In this document: one piece after another, positions 25,728 through 40,659 of the stretch
How positions within the stretch are numbered: position 1 is the stretch's first letter
How the letters are laid out: each line of letters begins with the position of its first letter
From: Ramazzottius varieornatus
Lineage: Eukaryota; Animalia; Tardigrada
Length of the DNA stretch: 64,000 nucleotides
Assembly: GCA_001949185.1 (NCBI GenBank)
Contig: BDGG01000008.1
Span: forward strand, 1,900,761 to 1,964,760
Direction: 5' to 3'
Notes under the pieces: generated by a model
What the model saw: the letters and a program-made list of their open reading frames with translations, nothing else
The model's database searches: none
Told to the model about the DNA's origin: nothing
Position numbers and translations under genes: made by a program

Positions 25728-26112
25728 TCGGAATAGAGAGGACAAAGTCGTCAAGAAGAACACCCCGTTGAATGAACAGCAATCACAACTCAATTATCTT
25801 TCATCGCTCCTTGCACACATCCAAGCTGAGACTATTGATACTGCAGTACCGCGTGGAGATGCGGATGATGGATAAAGAAGGATGGCGCTTCGAGGAACCA
25901 TAGTGACCACAAGGTGACCCTTCCAGGTCAAAGCAGAAAACTTCTTCCTAAACTAAAAGGGTTTGAGTTTGACAGGTTTCATTTGAAAATCTCGCAGATG
26001 TGTTGATGAGCTTATAGTAACTGGCTAGACCTAGAAATGGACGGCCCCAAGAAATATAAACGAAAAAGCAGTCATCTGGGACGGGGACAAATAAGCTGAA
26101 CCAGATCGCTGT

Positions 26113-26165
26113 CCCAAGGGGCGCGCACTTTTAGCTGACAACAGTGTGAATGTGCGCCACTTGAG
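26113..26165. repeat. 53-bp palindromic element, copy 2 (between B9D2 and PKA)
   Basis: cccaaggggcgcgc acttttagctgacaacagtgtgaat gtgcgccacttgag. Confidence 0.7.
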
Positions 26166-26253
26166 ATAGCGACCTCGTTAAATCCATTAGTTGCCCTCCC
26201 TCCATTTGCACTTACACTGCTGTGGTGAAAAAGAGAAGGAAAAAAAACAGTCC

Positions 26254-26922
26254 TCAAAATTCGACACCGAAGTTTTCGAAACCTCGCACAATGATACCGA
26301 GCTCCAAGTGGACGATACCCATCGACTGCGTATACAAACGATGTCGGTTTGCGCAGTCGCGAACGACAGCCGTGTTCCTCAGCTGCGGTCCGCCACCCAG
26401 GAAGAACCTCATTATCCTCTCCCATAGTCCTCCGACAGGTCTCCACGTTACACACTCTATCTTATGCTCGCCAGGCGTCGTAGGTATATCACAAACCCCA
26501 TAGGCAAAAATTTGGGTGCGGTTGTAATCGTCGTAGTTCCACACTTGGAAGGTAAGTTTCGGCCAACCTACGAACAACGATCAGTATCCCTGCTCTCTCG
26601 GTGTCTTCGTTTCCCCTCGATCTGTTTAGCCTTACCTTGTATCCCTCTCGTGGCGTAATGAAGGTCCAACGGATGTGACCATAAGGCAAAATCGTCAATT
26701 TCAGGATTGTCCACTTGTGTCTGTCCTTCGTTGTCGCCTTGTAACAATGTCCAACCGCCGCCTATAGAATCAACAATCAATGGTGAGCAAAAGTATAATT
26801 TTATCCCGGAAAGTACGTCCACGAAATTACAAACCTGCAGTCGCTTCCCAAACACAGAATAGCCTGTTATGGGGAAATCCGCTGGCTCCAACAATTTGGC
26901 CAATGATATGAAGCTCCGCCAT
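26254..26922 (-). CDS. B9D2: B9 domain protein 2, ciliary transition zone
   Basis: Three exons: [25 protein letters not shown]...[25 protein letters not shown]...GGGPQL. Confidence 0.93.
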
Positions 26923-27342
26923 GTCTCAGGAATCAGTCATCTTAAGAACCAAAATCTGATCATGTTCGAAGGACTTAAGTTTCTTCTCCAAGGAATTTGG
27001 AACGAAGAGGTGTGCAAATATGAATATGTAAAGTAGATGACTCTGACAAGGTACTGTGGCTTAAAGCCTTGGCGATCCAGATTAATCATTCGACCCTCGT
27101 ATTACACACCCCGAGACAATTCAGCGAGGAGGAAGCAAAGATCGATAAGTGCGCAGGTGAGTCAACCTGTTTCTTCCCTGATTCAGGCGGTGGCACTTTG
27201 ACTAGCCACTCAGTAATGAAAATCGATATGAGACATTCTAAAACACAGATTTGAAATCCAGAATGCATCTAAGATACAAAAGTTGTTCATCGAGTTCAGA
27301 AAAGGAAGGCCAACAACAAGGAAGTAAAACTGCCATCAGATA

Positions 27343-28893
27343 TTAGCGAATTTGTACACCCAGTTTATCTACAGCAATCTTTTCAATATTCTTATGAATC
27401 GAATTAGCTTTATCTTTCGTCAAGGTTTTCTCCATATGACGGTAAATGATACGATAGCACAGGCTTTTTCTCCCACTTTTAGGATGGGTGAACTCATCAA
27501 TAATCTTTACTTGTTCGACCAGTTCCCCGCCACAGTCACGCACCAGTTCATAAAAGTCATTTTTCTCAAAGTGCTCGGGTATCCAGAAGGATACGTCGTT
27601 GGTACACTGTGGGAACTGGCTGACCGCTTTGTACTTTATTAACTTCCTGATATTGTCCACCTCAAACTGCGACAAGAAGCCAGAGTCTTCGGACCAGAAA
27701 AGGCGGATGTCGGGTATCTCGTACAGGCGCATGGCGATCCGCTCTAAGCCGATACCGCAAGCCCAGCCGATCTGGTCGTGAATACCTGCGTTGTTTAGGA
27801 TTTTCTGCTCCATGATCCCACAACCCAGTAGTTCTAACCATTCGTTGTTGTACTTCACCTCCATCTCCCAGGACGGGTGGGTGAAGGGGAAGAAGGACTC
27901 GTTCCACCGTAACTCCACTTTCTGACCGAACAAACTCTTCACCAGCCCTACAATGCAGGATCGTCTGTACGTCATCAAAAGCCATCTAGAAAACTGGTCC
28001 GCGATGACGTTGTCGGACATAGTATTGTTACATTACGTTACCCTCACCAAACATGCAACCGCCACACTGGCTCATGACGTCATAACACTGATGACATAGT
28101 GGGCCACTCCAACGAAATTCGAATTTCATCAGTTGCCATGAGTGCTATCCACTAATTTCTTCTTGCTTCTCTTACCTTCCAAGCATCCCTTCAAATCTTT
28201 CTCCATAACAGCGGCTGCTTCCTCCGTGTGACTTTCTTGACACCCGGGGCTTCGTACTTCCGCAGGACTTTTTATCGCCTTGAAATCAGGATCGTCCCTC
28301 AGTTCATGCGCGTACCTCAGTCTGACGCCTTCCATCTGATGGAAAACTGGATAGTGTGTCGCGTTGATTTCGTCTCTTCTATACACATCTCCCACAACTA
28401 GAAACTCCCTGAAGCCACTTCGCAGTAAATCGCTCTGGTGTGCGGAGGTATGAGCGCGTAAGAGATGGCTCTTGTTGACGTAGTAGGAATCACTCTTGGA
28501 CCGGCTGACATGATCAGCAGGCACAAGGATAGAGTCAAAGTTCTGTTCGGTCGTGACGACAGGCGACAAGTTATCGACAACCGTGAAGGCTGGAGAGTAC
28601 CGGCCAGGGTACCGCCAGTTGAAATAGGCAATGATGCGTTCTTTGATGAGCCACAGTGGGTGATTCTTTCGCAGGTAGATGTTCTTGCCAACGAATGAAC
28701 TGATGCGCGGCGTCACGTTCGTCCACGAGTCTGTTCGGTACGTATGACCACCGATCTGAATACTTTCAGGTATCTTGGAGGTGCGTTCATTGACGGCGAG
28801 AGGATCGACAACGGACGGCGAGGTACTGGAACATCTGCAAGGGGAAGAAGACAAGGAACGGTACGACCAGAGGACACGCTGTAAACCTCTCAT
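27343..28893 (-). CDS. FARS2: Mitochondrial phenylalanyl-tRNA synthetase
   Basis: Two exons. LLRAHTSAHQ, GDVYRRDEI, HYPVFHQMEG, FPFTHPSWE, GIGLERIAM and a C-terminal anticodon-binding domain; R/S-rich N-terminus. Start may be 28911. Confidence 0.95.
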
Positions 28894-29983
28894 TTCCAAC
28901 TGTGCAATCATGTCTTCCACAGGCAAGGACCACTAGCTCACACCAACCATACCGAGGATGGTTCGGAAGTTTTATCGATGCAAGATTGGGGACTCTGGAG
29001 AACACAGCAATGAGGAGGAGAGAGCCCCACTCTGCCCTCATTGAGGAATCGGAGTTCTACTGTAGAGAGTCAAGACTCAAGGCTCAAGAGGAAGGAACAC
29101 AATCAAGACTTTGATTGGAAGCCACCGATGCAGTGGCTGGTAGGATTGTGGCTCGATCACTTCGGTTGAGAACTATCATTCAATCTTGAAGGATTCCTAA
29201 TACTATTCATGGCACCTCTTGCATTTGTTCCGAAAAACTGATCCCAACGACTCCTCAGGAAAAATCCTGTTCTTAAAAACTTCCATGTCATTTTGACATC
29301 ATCAAACTTGAATATAAGTTCAATCTATAATATGAGGTGGTTTAACTATAGCAGGAATGAAGCAGTATTCACAGGTGGTGCGGAACTTCTTGTAAAAAAG
29401 GAGATTGGAATATTGAGGTAGTGCTATACAAGACTTTGCGAAGCAGTAGCAATTCATACTTACCTGGACCCGAGATTGTGGCGATCACGTAGGCCCAACT
29501 CTCTTCCGAGTTTTCCCACTGCACTTCCGGGATTATGACGAAGGCCTCTTCGGACACACGTCCGGGGCAGGGGGTCAGAATTTTTGATAGTTGGAGGACT
29601 GCGTTCGCGCTATCCTCCTCTTTTCAATCAAAGAAAGAATCCGGGATAAAAGTCACGGCGTAGTTACAGAGGCGCACGGCGCCACGGTGTTGCTCAGAGT
29701 CTCGTGCTGCAGGTTACTCGGACGTCAATACAGTCGTTCGTGTCAAGCAGTCTGACACGGTGACGTCATTGCTCTGTCACCCCTATGCCTTTGGTGACTA
29801 TGGTTAAAATGGCTAAGAGTGTGACGTACGTAATGTTCACCTTCGACGTCGAAGCAACGGTTACAAAATCAGCTGGCAATGTCCGCTTTCGAGCCTCTCT
29901 GGGCAAGTTTGGTTCTTTCTCCAGAATACGTGGTCAGGATTCACCCATTTTGTCAGATTATTCCTTCAGCAGATTGATCTACA

Positions 29984-30487
29984 ATGTATTCCTCACGAGT
30001 TCGTTCACTGACGAAGATGGTGCCGTCGTCGCTCCTTCAGCCTGGACAATCGCCCGCATCCAACACACCCGTCGCCTTGTACCACGAGAATGTCATCAAA
30101 CACTTTGAGAAGCCTCAGAACGTTGGATCTCTGGACAAGAACGATGTCAACGTCGGGACAGGCCTGGTGGGAGCTCCAGCATGTGGCGACGTGATGAAGC
30201 TGCAGATCAAGGTGGACGACAACGGGAAGATCATCGACGCCAAGTTCAAGACGTTCGGTTGTGCTTCAGCCATCGCCTCCAGCTCACTCGCCACGGAATG
30301 GGTAAAGGGAAAGAGTGTGGATGATGCCTACAAGGTAAAGAATACCGACATCGCCAAAGAGCTATGTCTTCCACCGGTTAAGCTCCATTGCTCGATGTTG
30401 GCTGAAGATGCCATCAAAGCTGCCCTGAATGATTACAAAGTGAAGCGCGATGGAGGGAAAGCGGAGAAACGTGCTGCTGTGAACTAA
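29984..30487 (+). CDS. ISCU: Fe-S cluster scaffold, mitochondrial
   Basis: GLVGAPACGDVMKLQI, FKTFGCASAIASS, LPPVKLHCSMLAEDA; N-terminal transit-like extension; uninterrupted ORF. Confidence 0.96.
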   Translation: MYSSRVRSLTKMVPSSLLQPGQSPASNTPVALYHENVIKHFEKPQNVGSLDKNDVNVGTGLVGAPACGDVMKLQIKVDDNGKIIDAKFKTFGCASAIASSSLATEWVKGKSVDDAYKVKNTDIAKELCLPPVKLHCSMLAEDAIKAALNDYKVKRDGGKAEKRAAVN

Positions 30488-30652
30488 AATTGTGTTTGTC
30501 CCTCATTTTTCCTGAGACGTTTGAAACTGTTGGTCTTTCATCTTGGCCAGGTTTTCCAGGTTTATTCGCGGGTATCGGACATGTAAATAATCTGTTGGAA
30601 TAATTCACCTAGTAGCTGGGCGTTGGGCCAACGAGCTCGAAAAGGTTGTTTT

Positions 30653-30705
30653 ATCGAGTGGCTCACGTCTTCGGTGTTATTGGCTGAAAGTGTGCGCCAG
30701 TTGGG
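30653..30705. repeat. 53-bp palindromic element, copy 3 (between convergent ISCU and protease genes)
   Basis: atcgagtggctcac gtcttcggtgttattggctgaaagt gtgcgccagttggg. Confidence 0.7.
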
Positions 30706-30903
30706 AAAACGACCTTGTCGAGTTTGTTTTTGTTCAAGTTGCAGTTTGTTCGGCTTTTAACTCTTGGGTTGAACCAGTTCAAGAGCTATATTTAGGAATC
30801 GATGAAAATTTTTATCTGTACGCTCAGCAAACTGTGTGATGTGAAGATATCGTTTAGTAAAGCGCAGAAGAAAAGTATGGTGGAAGTTTCCACGTGTGCA
30901 GCT

Positions 30904-34312
<3,409 letters not shown>

Positions 34313-34690
34313 TTCCTGTCTAGCCAGAGCTTAACACACGGTTCTTGCTCTGAAAACAGAGATATTTGAATACCTCTTTCGAGAAGACCAAAGACAGAAA
34401 GACAGGATTCCAAGTGGGCGAGTTCGTGAACCTTACTGAACTTCCGCACGACGGTAATGTTATCGAAGCGCCACGTTCTACCATAACTCGCCATTCTTGG
34501 GCAGGAGAAGTGGATAAGATTAATTTGGCTAATCTTTTATTGACGAACGAACAACTATCCCACTTTCCCAACGTAACGATCACATCGTTGTGCTTTTCTT
34601 TTTTATCTGCAGATGCTGCGGTACTATAACGAGATGCATGTAATCGGCTCCATTTGGATCCCCGGCAGACAAACTCGACAAGATCGTCTC

Positions 34691-34743
34691 TCCAAGTGGC
34701 GCACGCTTTCAGGCAACGGCACTGAAAAAATGTGTCACTTGGG
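34691..34743. repeat. 53-bp palindromic element, copy 5 (between DBR1 and protease)
   Basis: tccaagtggcgcac gctttcaggcaacggcactgaaaaaat gtgtcacttggg. Confidence 0.75.
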
Positions 34744-34890
34744 TTAACAATCTTGTGGTCTGTTCCCGTTTGTCGATCAACTTTCAAGATGATCAGTCAA
34801 GAATAATACAAGGATCTACAGATAAAAGGACGTACTCAAAAAGTGCAGCCTTAAGTCGTTTGAAACAAAAATGAAACAAGAAGCGATGAC

Positions 34891-36671
34891 TTAGCTCGTC
34901 GTTTCTTCCGCTAACGCCGTTATCGCTTCCGGTCCATACTGTTCCTTGTCCATTGCGACTTCCGCAGCGACCGCGAGCGGCATTTCCGTATCCTTCATGA
35001 TCTGATCCACTTCGGTGAGTTCACTATCCCCATTCTCATGTCCGTTCTTAACTTGCAAAATGTCTTCCACCGTTCCTTCTCCTTCGGTCTTCAGCTTCTT
35101 CGAGGCGGGCTCTTCCGTACTTCCTTCCACACCACCCATGCCTTCTTCAAAGTATACTGTCACAGCTTCCGTATCCACCGCTTCACGTTCCTCTTCCTGC
35201 TCGTTCTGTTGGTTGACTTGGTTGGACATGAAGTCGGAAGTAAAGTCTTTGGGATCGTGCGTGGGTGCCTTACTCATCAGCTCCCTCAATGGATCTGTCA
35301 AGCCCATCTTCTGACATAGCTCGGTAGTTTGAGGGTTCACATAAGCTGTGACAGGTGGTAAAGGATAATTTTTGGCTTTCATATCAGCGATGATCACACT
35401 GAAGAAGCCATCACCGAACGCTGTTTCGTGAACAGGTCCTGTCCGTTGGAAACTACTCGGATCGATGTCCAGATTCCCTCCTAACAACCTTCTTACTTCT
35501 TCTATCTGTTCATCTGTCTGTGCGAAGTCGTACTTCTCTTCGCTACCGGCCACAGCACCTGGCATGTAGTGGTTAGAGTTCTCGAAGTGCCAGAGATGAT
35601 TGGTATCGCGGAGGATACCCAGCCATTCTGGGTCGAAGGACAGCTTGGGCTCGGTGTGCAAGTCGGTTGCCGGCTGTGGAATGTCAATGATCTGCAGGAA
35701 ACGTTTACCTGGCATGCATTTGTCTAGAGCGAGAAACTTCGTGTGCGAACCGTCTTCGTGAGGAACGTTGGCTGCCCATTTGGCGTGCATGTGGCCTGCA
35801 AGACAGAACGCCGTTGGTCGAACTGCACATTGAGCGTACGCAAATCAGAAATTCCACTCTGACGTTACTGGTCAATGCAAAGCCGGTGCCAACAGGTTCC
35901 CTTCGCCCACGGTAAAGGAGACCCTCGTTTCTATTTACAATGGCTCATATGGAATAAACAAAGCCAATCAACAATCAATCGACCTCGTCGGTCCTTACCC
36001 GAAAACCAATAATTTGGCTTGAGCTTCTTCATCACGTCCATGGCGTTCGGATTGCCCAGGTTCCGAGTCTCGATATCCTCCCGAAAATACGGCTTGAACC
36101 TCAGGAGTTGTTGGACGTTCCCGTGATCCGTCACACCGACCGGCCAGTCGTGCGACACGAAGATATCCACCGGTCTGGAGATCTGCTTCAGTCTGAAAAC
36201 TTCCAGCTGTCTGACATGATAAATACTCCTCTTGGTGTTCTCACTATACGGTGGCAATTCAAAGTGTCCCTTCATGTAGTCGTGACCCTTGAAAATGCCT
36301 GACATGCCTCCGATGCGCAGTCCGCCGAAGTTGACGACGCCAGCCAGGCCGAGGTAGTAAATGTTAGGGGCTACCCAGCCACCGTAGGTTAACTCTTGAA
36401 GGTAGTTGGAGGCTTCGTGGTTGCCGCCGATGAAAAGTGTGGGCACAGGTGCGGTCTTTTCTCCGGAGTAGTACTTGTAGAACGTCATCATGGCTAGGTA
36501 CTTGGGAGGAACGGCCATGCAGGAGAGATCGTAGACGTTTCGAGTTGACTGGAAGTCGCCGCAGCAGATGAGCAGGTCCACTTTCTTGCCGTGCTCCTTC
36601 TCGATGAAAGCGAGGGTCTCGTAGATCTTGTCCAGCTCCCCATGACAGCATCCTTCCACTGCGATCAACAT
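34891..36671 (-). CDS. DBR1: Lariat debranching enzyme
   Basis: [46 protein letters not shown]; acidic tail; two exons. Confidence 0.96.
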
Positions 36672-37139
36672 CGTGAAGCTTGGTTATTTGATAACCTGCA
36701 AAGAGGCCAAAGAAGTTCACGGAAGAAACGATCCTGGAAAAATAATCCGATAAAAAATGTTCTACATAACGAAAACTAAACAATCAACAAAATCAGACTC
36801 AGTGCTAAACCAAGCACTGTTGAGTTGATTGACAATCAAATAGGCTCGACACTCCGCCGGTTCGCTGCTGCGGCATCCGCTGTTTCTTGATGATAGTTGA
36901 TTGATAGATTTATTATTTACATCTGTCTCGAGATTGTTCGTTCTTCCTGCTTTAAATTTTCGACAAAAATCCCCTTTACCTTCTAGTCCTCCAGAGTTCC
37001 GTCGCGTGCTGTCCAATAGTCACCTCGTTCGAAGCCTTCATAGCGAGGGTAGAGGCAGGTCGAATAGCTGTGTTGTGAAGGATGACGTGGAGGAGGAAGG
37101 GCTGAACCACCTGAAAAGCAGCCAGCGTGTCAACCGGAA

Positions 37140-40100
37140 ATGGATTCTGCCTTGATGCACGATGCCACGCATCCCGACCATCACAGCCACACGCATCCCT
37201 ACAACACAACCTCCAGCGACTTCGGACCAGCCAGCCATCTGTTTCCTGCCATTCTCCAAGTCTTCGTCGTCATTTTTACAGGTTATGCCACGGGTCGAGC
37301 AGCGCTCATCTCGGAGACGGACAGTCATGGATTAAACACCTTCGTCTCACGTTTCGCATTACCATGCATGCTGTTTCGCGCCATGGCCACCATGAACCTC
37401 TCCATTGTGAACTGGACAATGTTTACTTCCATCCTGCTGTCGAAGAGTGTTGTGTTCTTCACGGTGCTGGTCCTGTCGCTCGTCCTCAGCTCCAAACCTC
37501 GACAGTATGGTCGAGCTGGCATCTTCGCCATTGCTGCCACTCAAAGCAATGACTTTGCTCTCGCCTTTCCCATAGGTAAACCACTTACTCTCTCCCCCCC
37601 CCCCCGAAAAATGCTGCAAACACGTCTAGTTGAAGTTTCCTGACCAGTGTCCGGCAGGTAAAAATTCCGTGCTACTCAGCATGGCTCGCCATATCATGGA
37701 AAAGACCCGAAACGGTTCGGATTGATGAGATTCAATCTGGGTACCGGAATGTTTACCTGCCGAACACTGTTCCTGACGATTTTTCTCTGCAAAGGCTGTT
37801 TTTACGCTTGTTGGCTTTGAGTCACGTGGTTTGCGGGCTAACAACATCATACCACATGACTCGTGTTCTGTTAGGGCTGATTGGTGACTTGATTGATCGG
37901 GTTCGTCGTGTGTTGTTTCAGTGGACGCTTTGTATGGAAGGACCCACCCCGAGCTGGTTCCCTACATTTACCTCCTCGGTTCCGTCTCCCTGCTTATCCT
38001 TAACCCAATCGGTTTCTGCTTCCTCGAGTTCGAGAAAGAAAGGAAAAATAGAAGTTTACAACAAGGAAGACAAAGACAGCCGAAGCGTCGCTGGTTGAGG
38101 ACTGGCATCCACGTGCTGTGGAGTATCTGCTCGAACCCCATCAACGCCATGACGTTCGTTGGAGTTTTGGCTAACTTCGCGTTTGAAAGACACATTCCAG
38201 AGGTGTTGGACAAGATACTCGCTGCTTTCGCCATGACTTTCTCGACGACGGCGCTGTTTCACTTGGGCCTGAAGATGGTCGGAAGGATTAAACAGTTCAC
38301 GGGCTTCCGGCTGGTCGTTCCGGCGCTTTTGATCCTGGCGAAACTGTGAGCTCGCGTCTTGTATTGTCTCAGGGTCTCCAACCACCATTGGCTCTCTGTC
38401 TGCAGGCTGTTTCTTCCGTTGGTTTCCCGAGCGGTCATTGGCCACTTACAACCAGGACGTTCGTCGAATGAGACGGAAGATTACGCCAACTTTGGCTTTC
38501 TGTACGGGAGCATCCCTATGACTCCCACTGTCTTCGTCTTTTCAACCCAATACGATGAACAAGTTGACATTGTATGTGAGTTTTTTTCCTGCTTTTCCAA
38601 TACTACTCCAGTAATCGTTTTCTGTTATTCAACATGTCAAACATGCATGATCATTCGGTCTTTCTCAGATAACAAAGCGGAAGGTATTTTTGTTATCAGG
38701 TAGGTACTGCTTTGGTTCTGGGAACTTTCATCTCCGGACCGTGGATGTTCATCTCTGCTCAAATGCTGTCGATTCAGTCTTTCAACATCGCGAGGTACAC
38801 TTCCATACTAGCGACTACCCAAATGCAAGTTGGAGCCTTCGGCCTGCTCTGCGTTGTAAGTCTCAGTTTGCATACAATAAGTAACCCGATGTCCTCTTGT
38901 TTGCTTTCGTTTGTCAAAGGATCAAAGCTAAGATCAAATCTGCTGTTTCATGATTAGATGTGGACCGTGGTGATTATGATGGTTAACGGAAGATGGAGAA
39001 GAATACCGCACATCTTCGTGATGGGTCTTCTGTCGTTTCAAGTAAGCTCTCTCTACCCATATTATCAGCCATCGAAACCACTATACCTTATTTGATCTTA
39101 TTCATCGTTTTATAGTTTCTGTCATGTCTTGGGATGCTGTTGTGGAGACTGAGTGAGAACTCGGACAGTCCGTGGCAGCACTACGCTCAGTTCTCCGTCT
39201 TTCTCCTGGGCGTACTAGGAACGCGCGTCTGGACTGCTGGTATCGCCGTCGGGCTTTGGGTCCTGAACAGATGGGGTCTGTGTGCGCTACTGCGTTTTCG
39301 CTGGATATTGATGTTTCTGTGCCTGGGGTAATTTACCAACAAATCGAAATCGTTATTGAGGTGTTTCGCTAGCTTGACCACCTTTCATGTCCTAAGGTTG
39401 CCAGTTCTAGCAACAGTCCTCACTCTTGCCCTTGGTGAGCATTCCCGAGCAGATTTGAATCCAGCATTTCATTACGGCCAAACTCAAGTAAGAACAAGAA
39501 TATGACTTGGAGGACTGAAAATGTCTCCGAGACAATGAATGTGACTTTTTTTAGGTCTTAGTCAGTGCGGTGGTCTTGACGGTCTCGCTCGTTCTTTCCT
39601 TGATCGGTATCGTCGGAGCGCAACTGAGCTCTTCGTCAAAGAAGAAACCCACGACCAGGAAGTTTTCGGTCAGAACATCGTCTTCCAGCGGAGAATACTC
39701 CGCACGACAAGCGCTGATCGCAAACCAGGATGTCGAACTCGACGACATCCCCAAAAGAGAAGACAGAAGTATCCCCGACATTATTCCTGAAATAAGTACG
39801 TCCTTGAACACTGTACTTCCGATAACGTAGACGCAAGTTTCATGGTACGTTTTACCGTTCGACAGGTGGTACTCCGGCGAGCGAGATGGAAATCGTTCCC
39901 TTCGAGGAGCCCCAACAAGATGCAGATTCATACGACGCTTTCGACGCGGCCGGACTCCATCCGAGTCCACATTCGTCTCAAAACGTTAGACTACAACGTT
40001 GTCCGGCGGAAGCAAGACATACTTCAGTTCAGCGGGACCTTTGTAAACAGCTGACACAAGAATACTTCGTCCAGGACTTTCGGACAACAGGGAAGCGACG

Positions 40101-40659
40101 ACGGCCAGACAGAAGTACTGCGGGAGAGTGTGACCCAGAAGTACCAGAGGACCATTTCGAGCAGAACCGACACGTGGTCTTGGTATTGTTCTTAGCCACT
40201 TCAATGCTCGTGGTATGCGTCAAAAGCTGTCCAGTACGTCTTCAGCTCGTATTGTTTGTGGCTAATTTTCCTGTTTGACAGGCCACTTTCTTGTGTTTCT
40301 GGAGGATGTTTGTAGACAACTCTAATGCCGGTGGCGTTTTCATCGAACTGGAATTTCTAGATGGGGTGTTGGTCTTCGGACAGGTAAGCGCTCCTTGAAG
40401 GAAAAGCTCTAAATTATACCGGTGTCTCGGTTTTCTGAATGCGAAATTTCTTGATTAATGTCACAAGGGAGGCTTTTGTTTGTCTAGGGTTGTGTAGTGA
40501 TGGCCATTTTTGGTTTCGATATGCGGAGTCCTGCTTGGTTCTCCCGCATCAAACGGTAAGTCAATCTCAAGCAAATGTTTTGTTCTGATTTTAGTTGATG
40601 TACACGTCCCATTGGCTTGCTGTAGGATTTTCCTCAACTGGCGCAGCTCCCACATTTAG
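37140..40659 (+). CDS. GPR155: GPR155/LYCHOS-like integral membrane protein (PIN-like transporter plus GPCR-like domain)
   Basis: FVSRFALP, ATQSNDFALAFPI, LNPIGF, FGFLYG, GTFISGPWMFISA, RHVVLVLFL, FIELEFLDGV..FGQG. The predicted last exon stops at 40657-40659. Confidence 0.88.

Noticed and set aside
24367-28893. Operon-like same-strand run FARS2-B9D2-PKA
   Set aside because: Gaps of 400-500 bp are normal for this compact genome, and trans-splicing cannot be shown from DNA alone.
29984-30487. Intronless IscU as a possible bacterial horizontal transfer
   Set aside because: It has a transit-like N-terminus and mitochondrial-type sequence, and several neighbouring housekeeping genes are also intron-poor.
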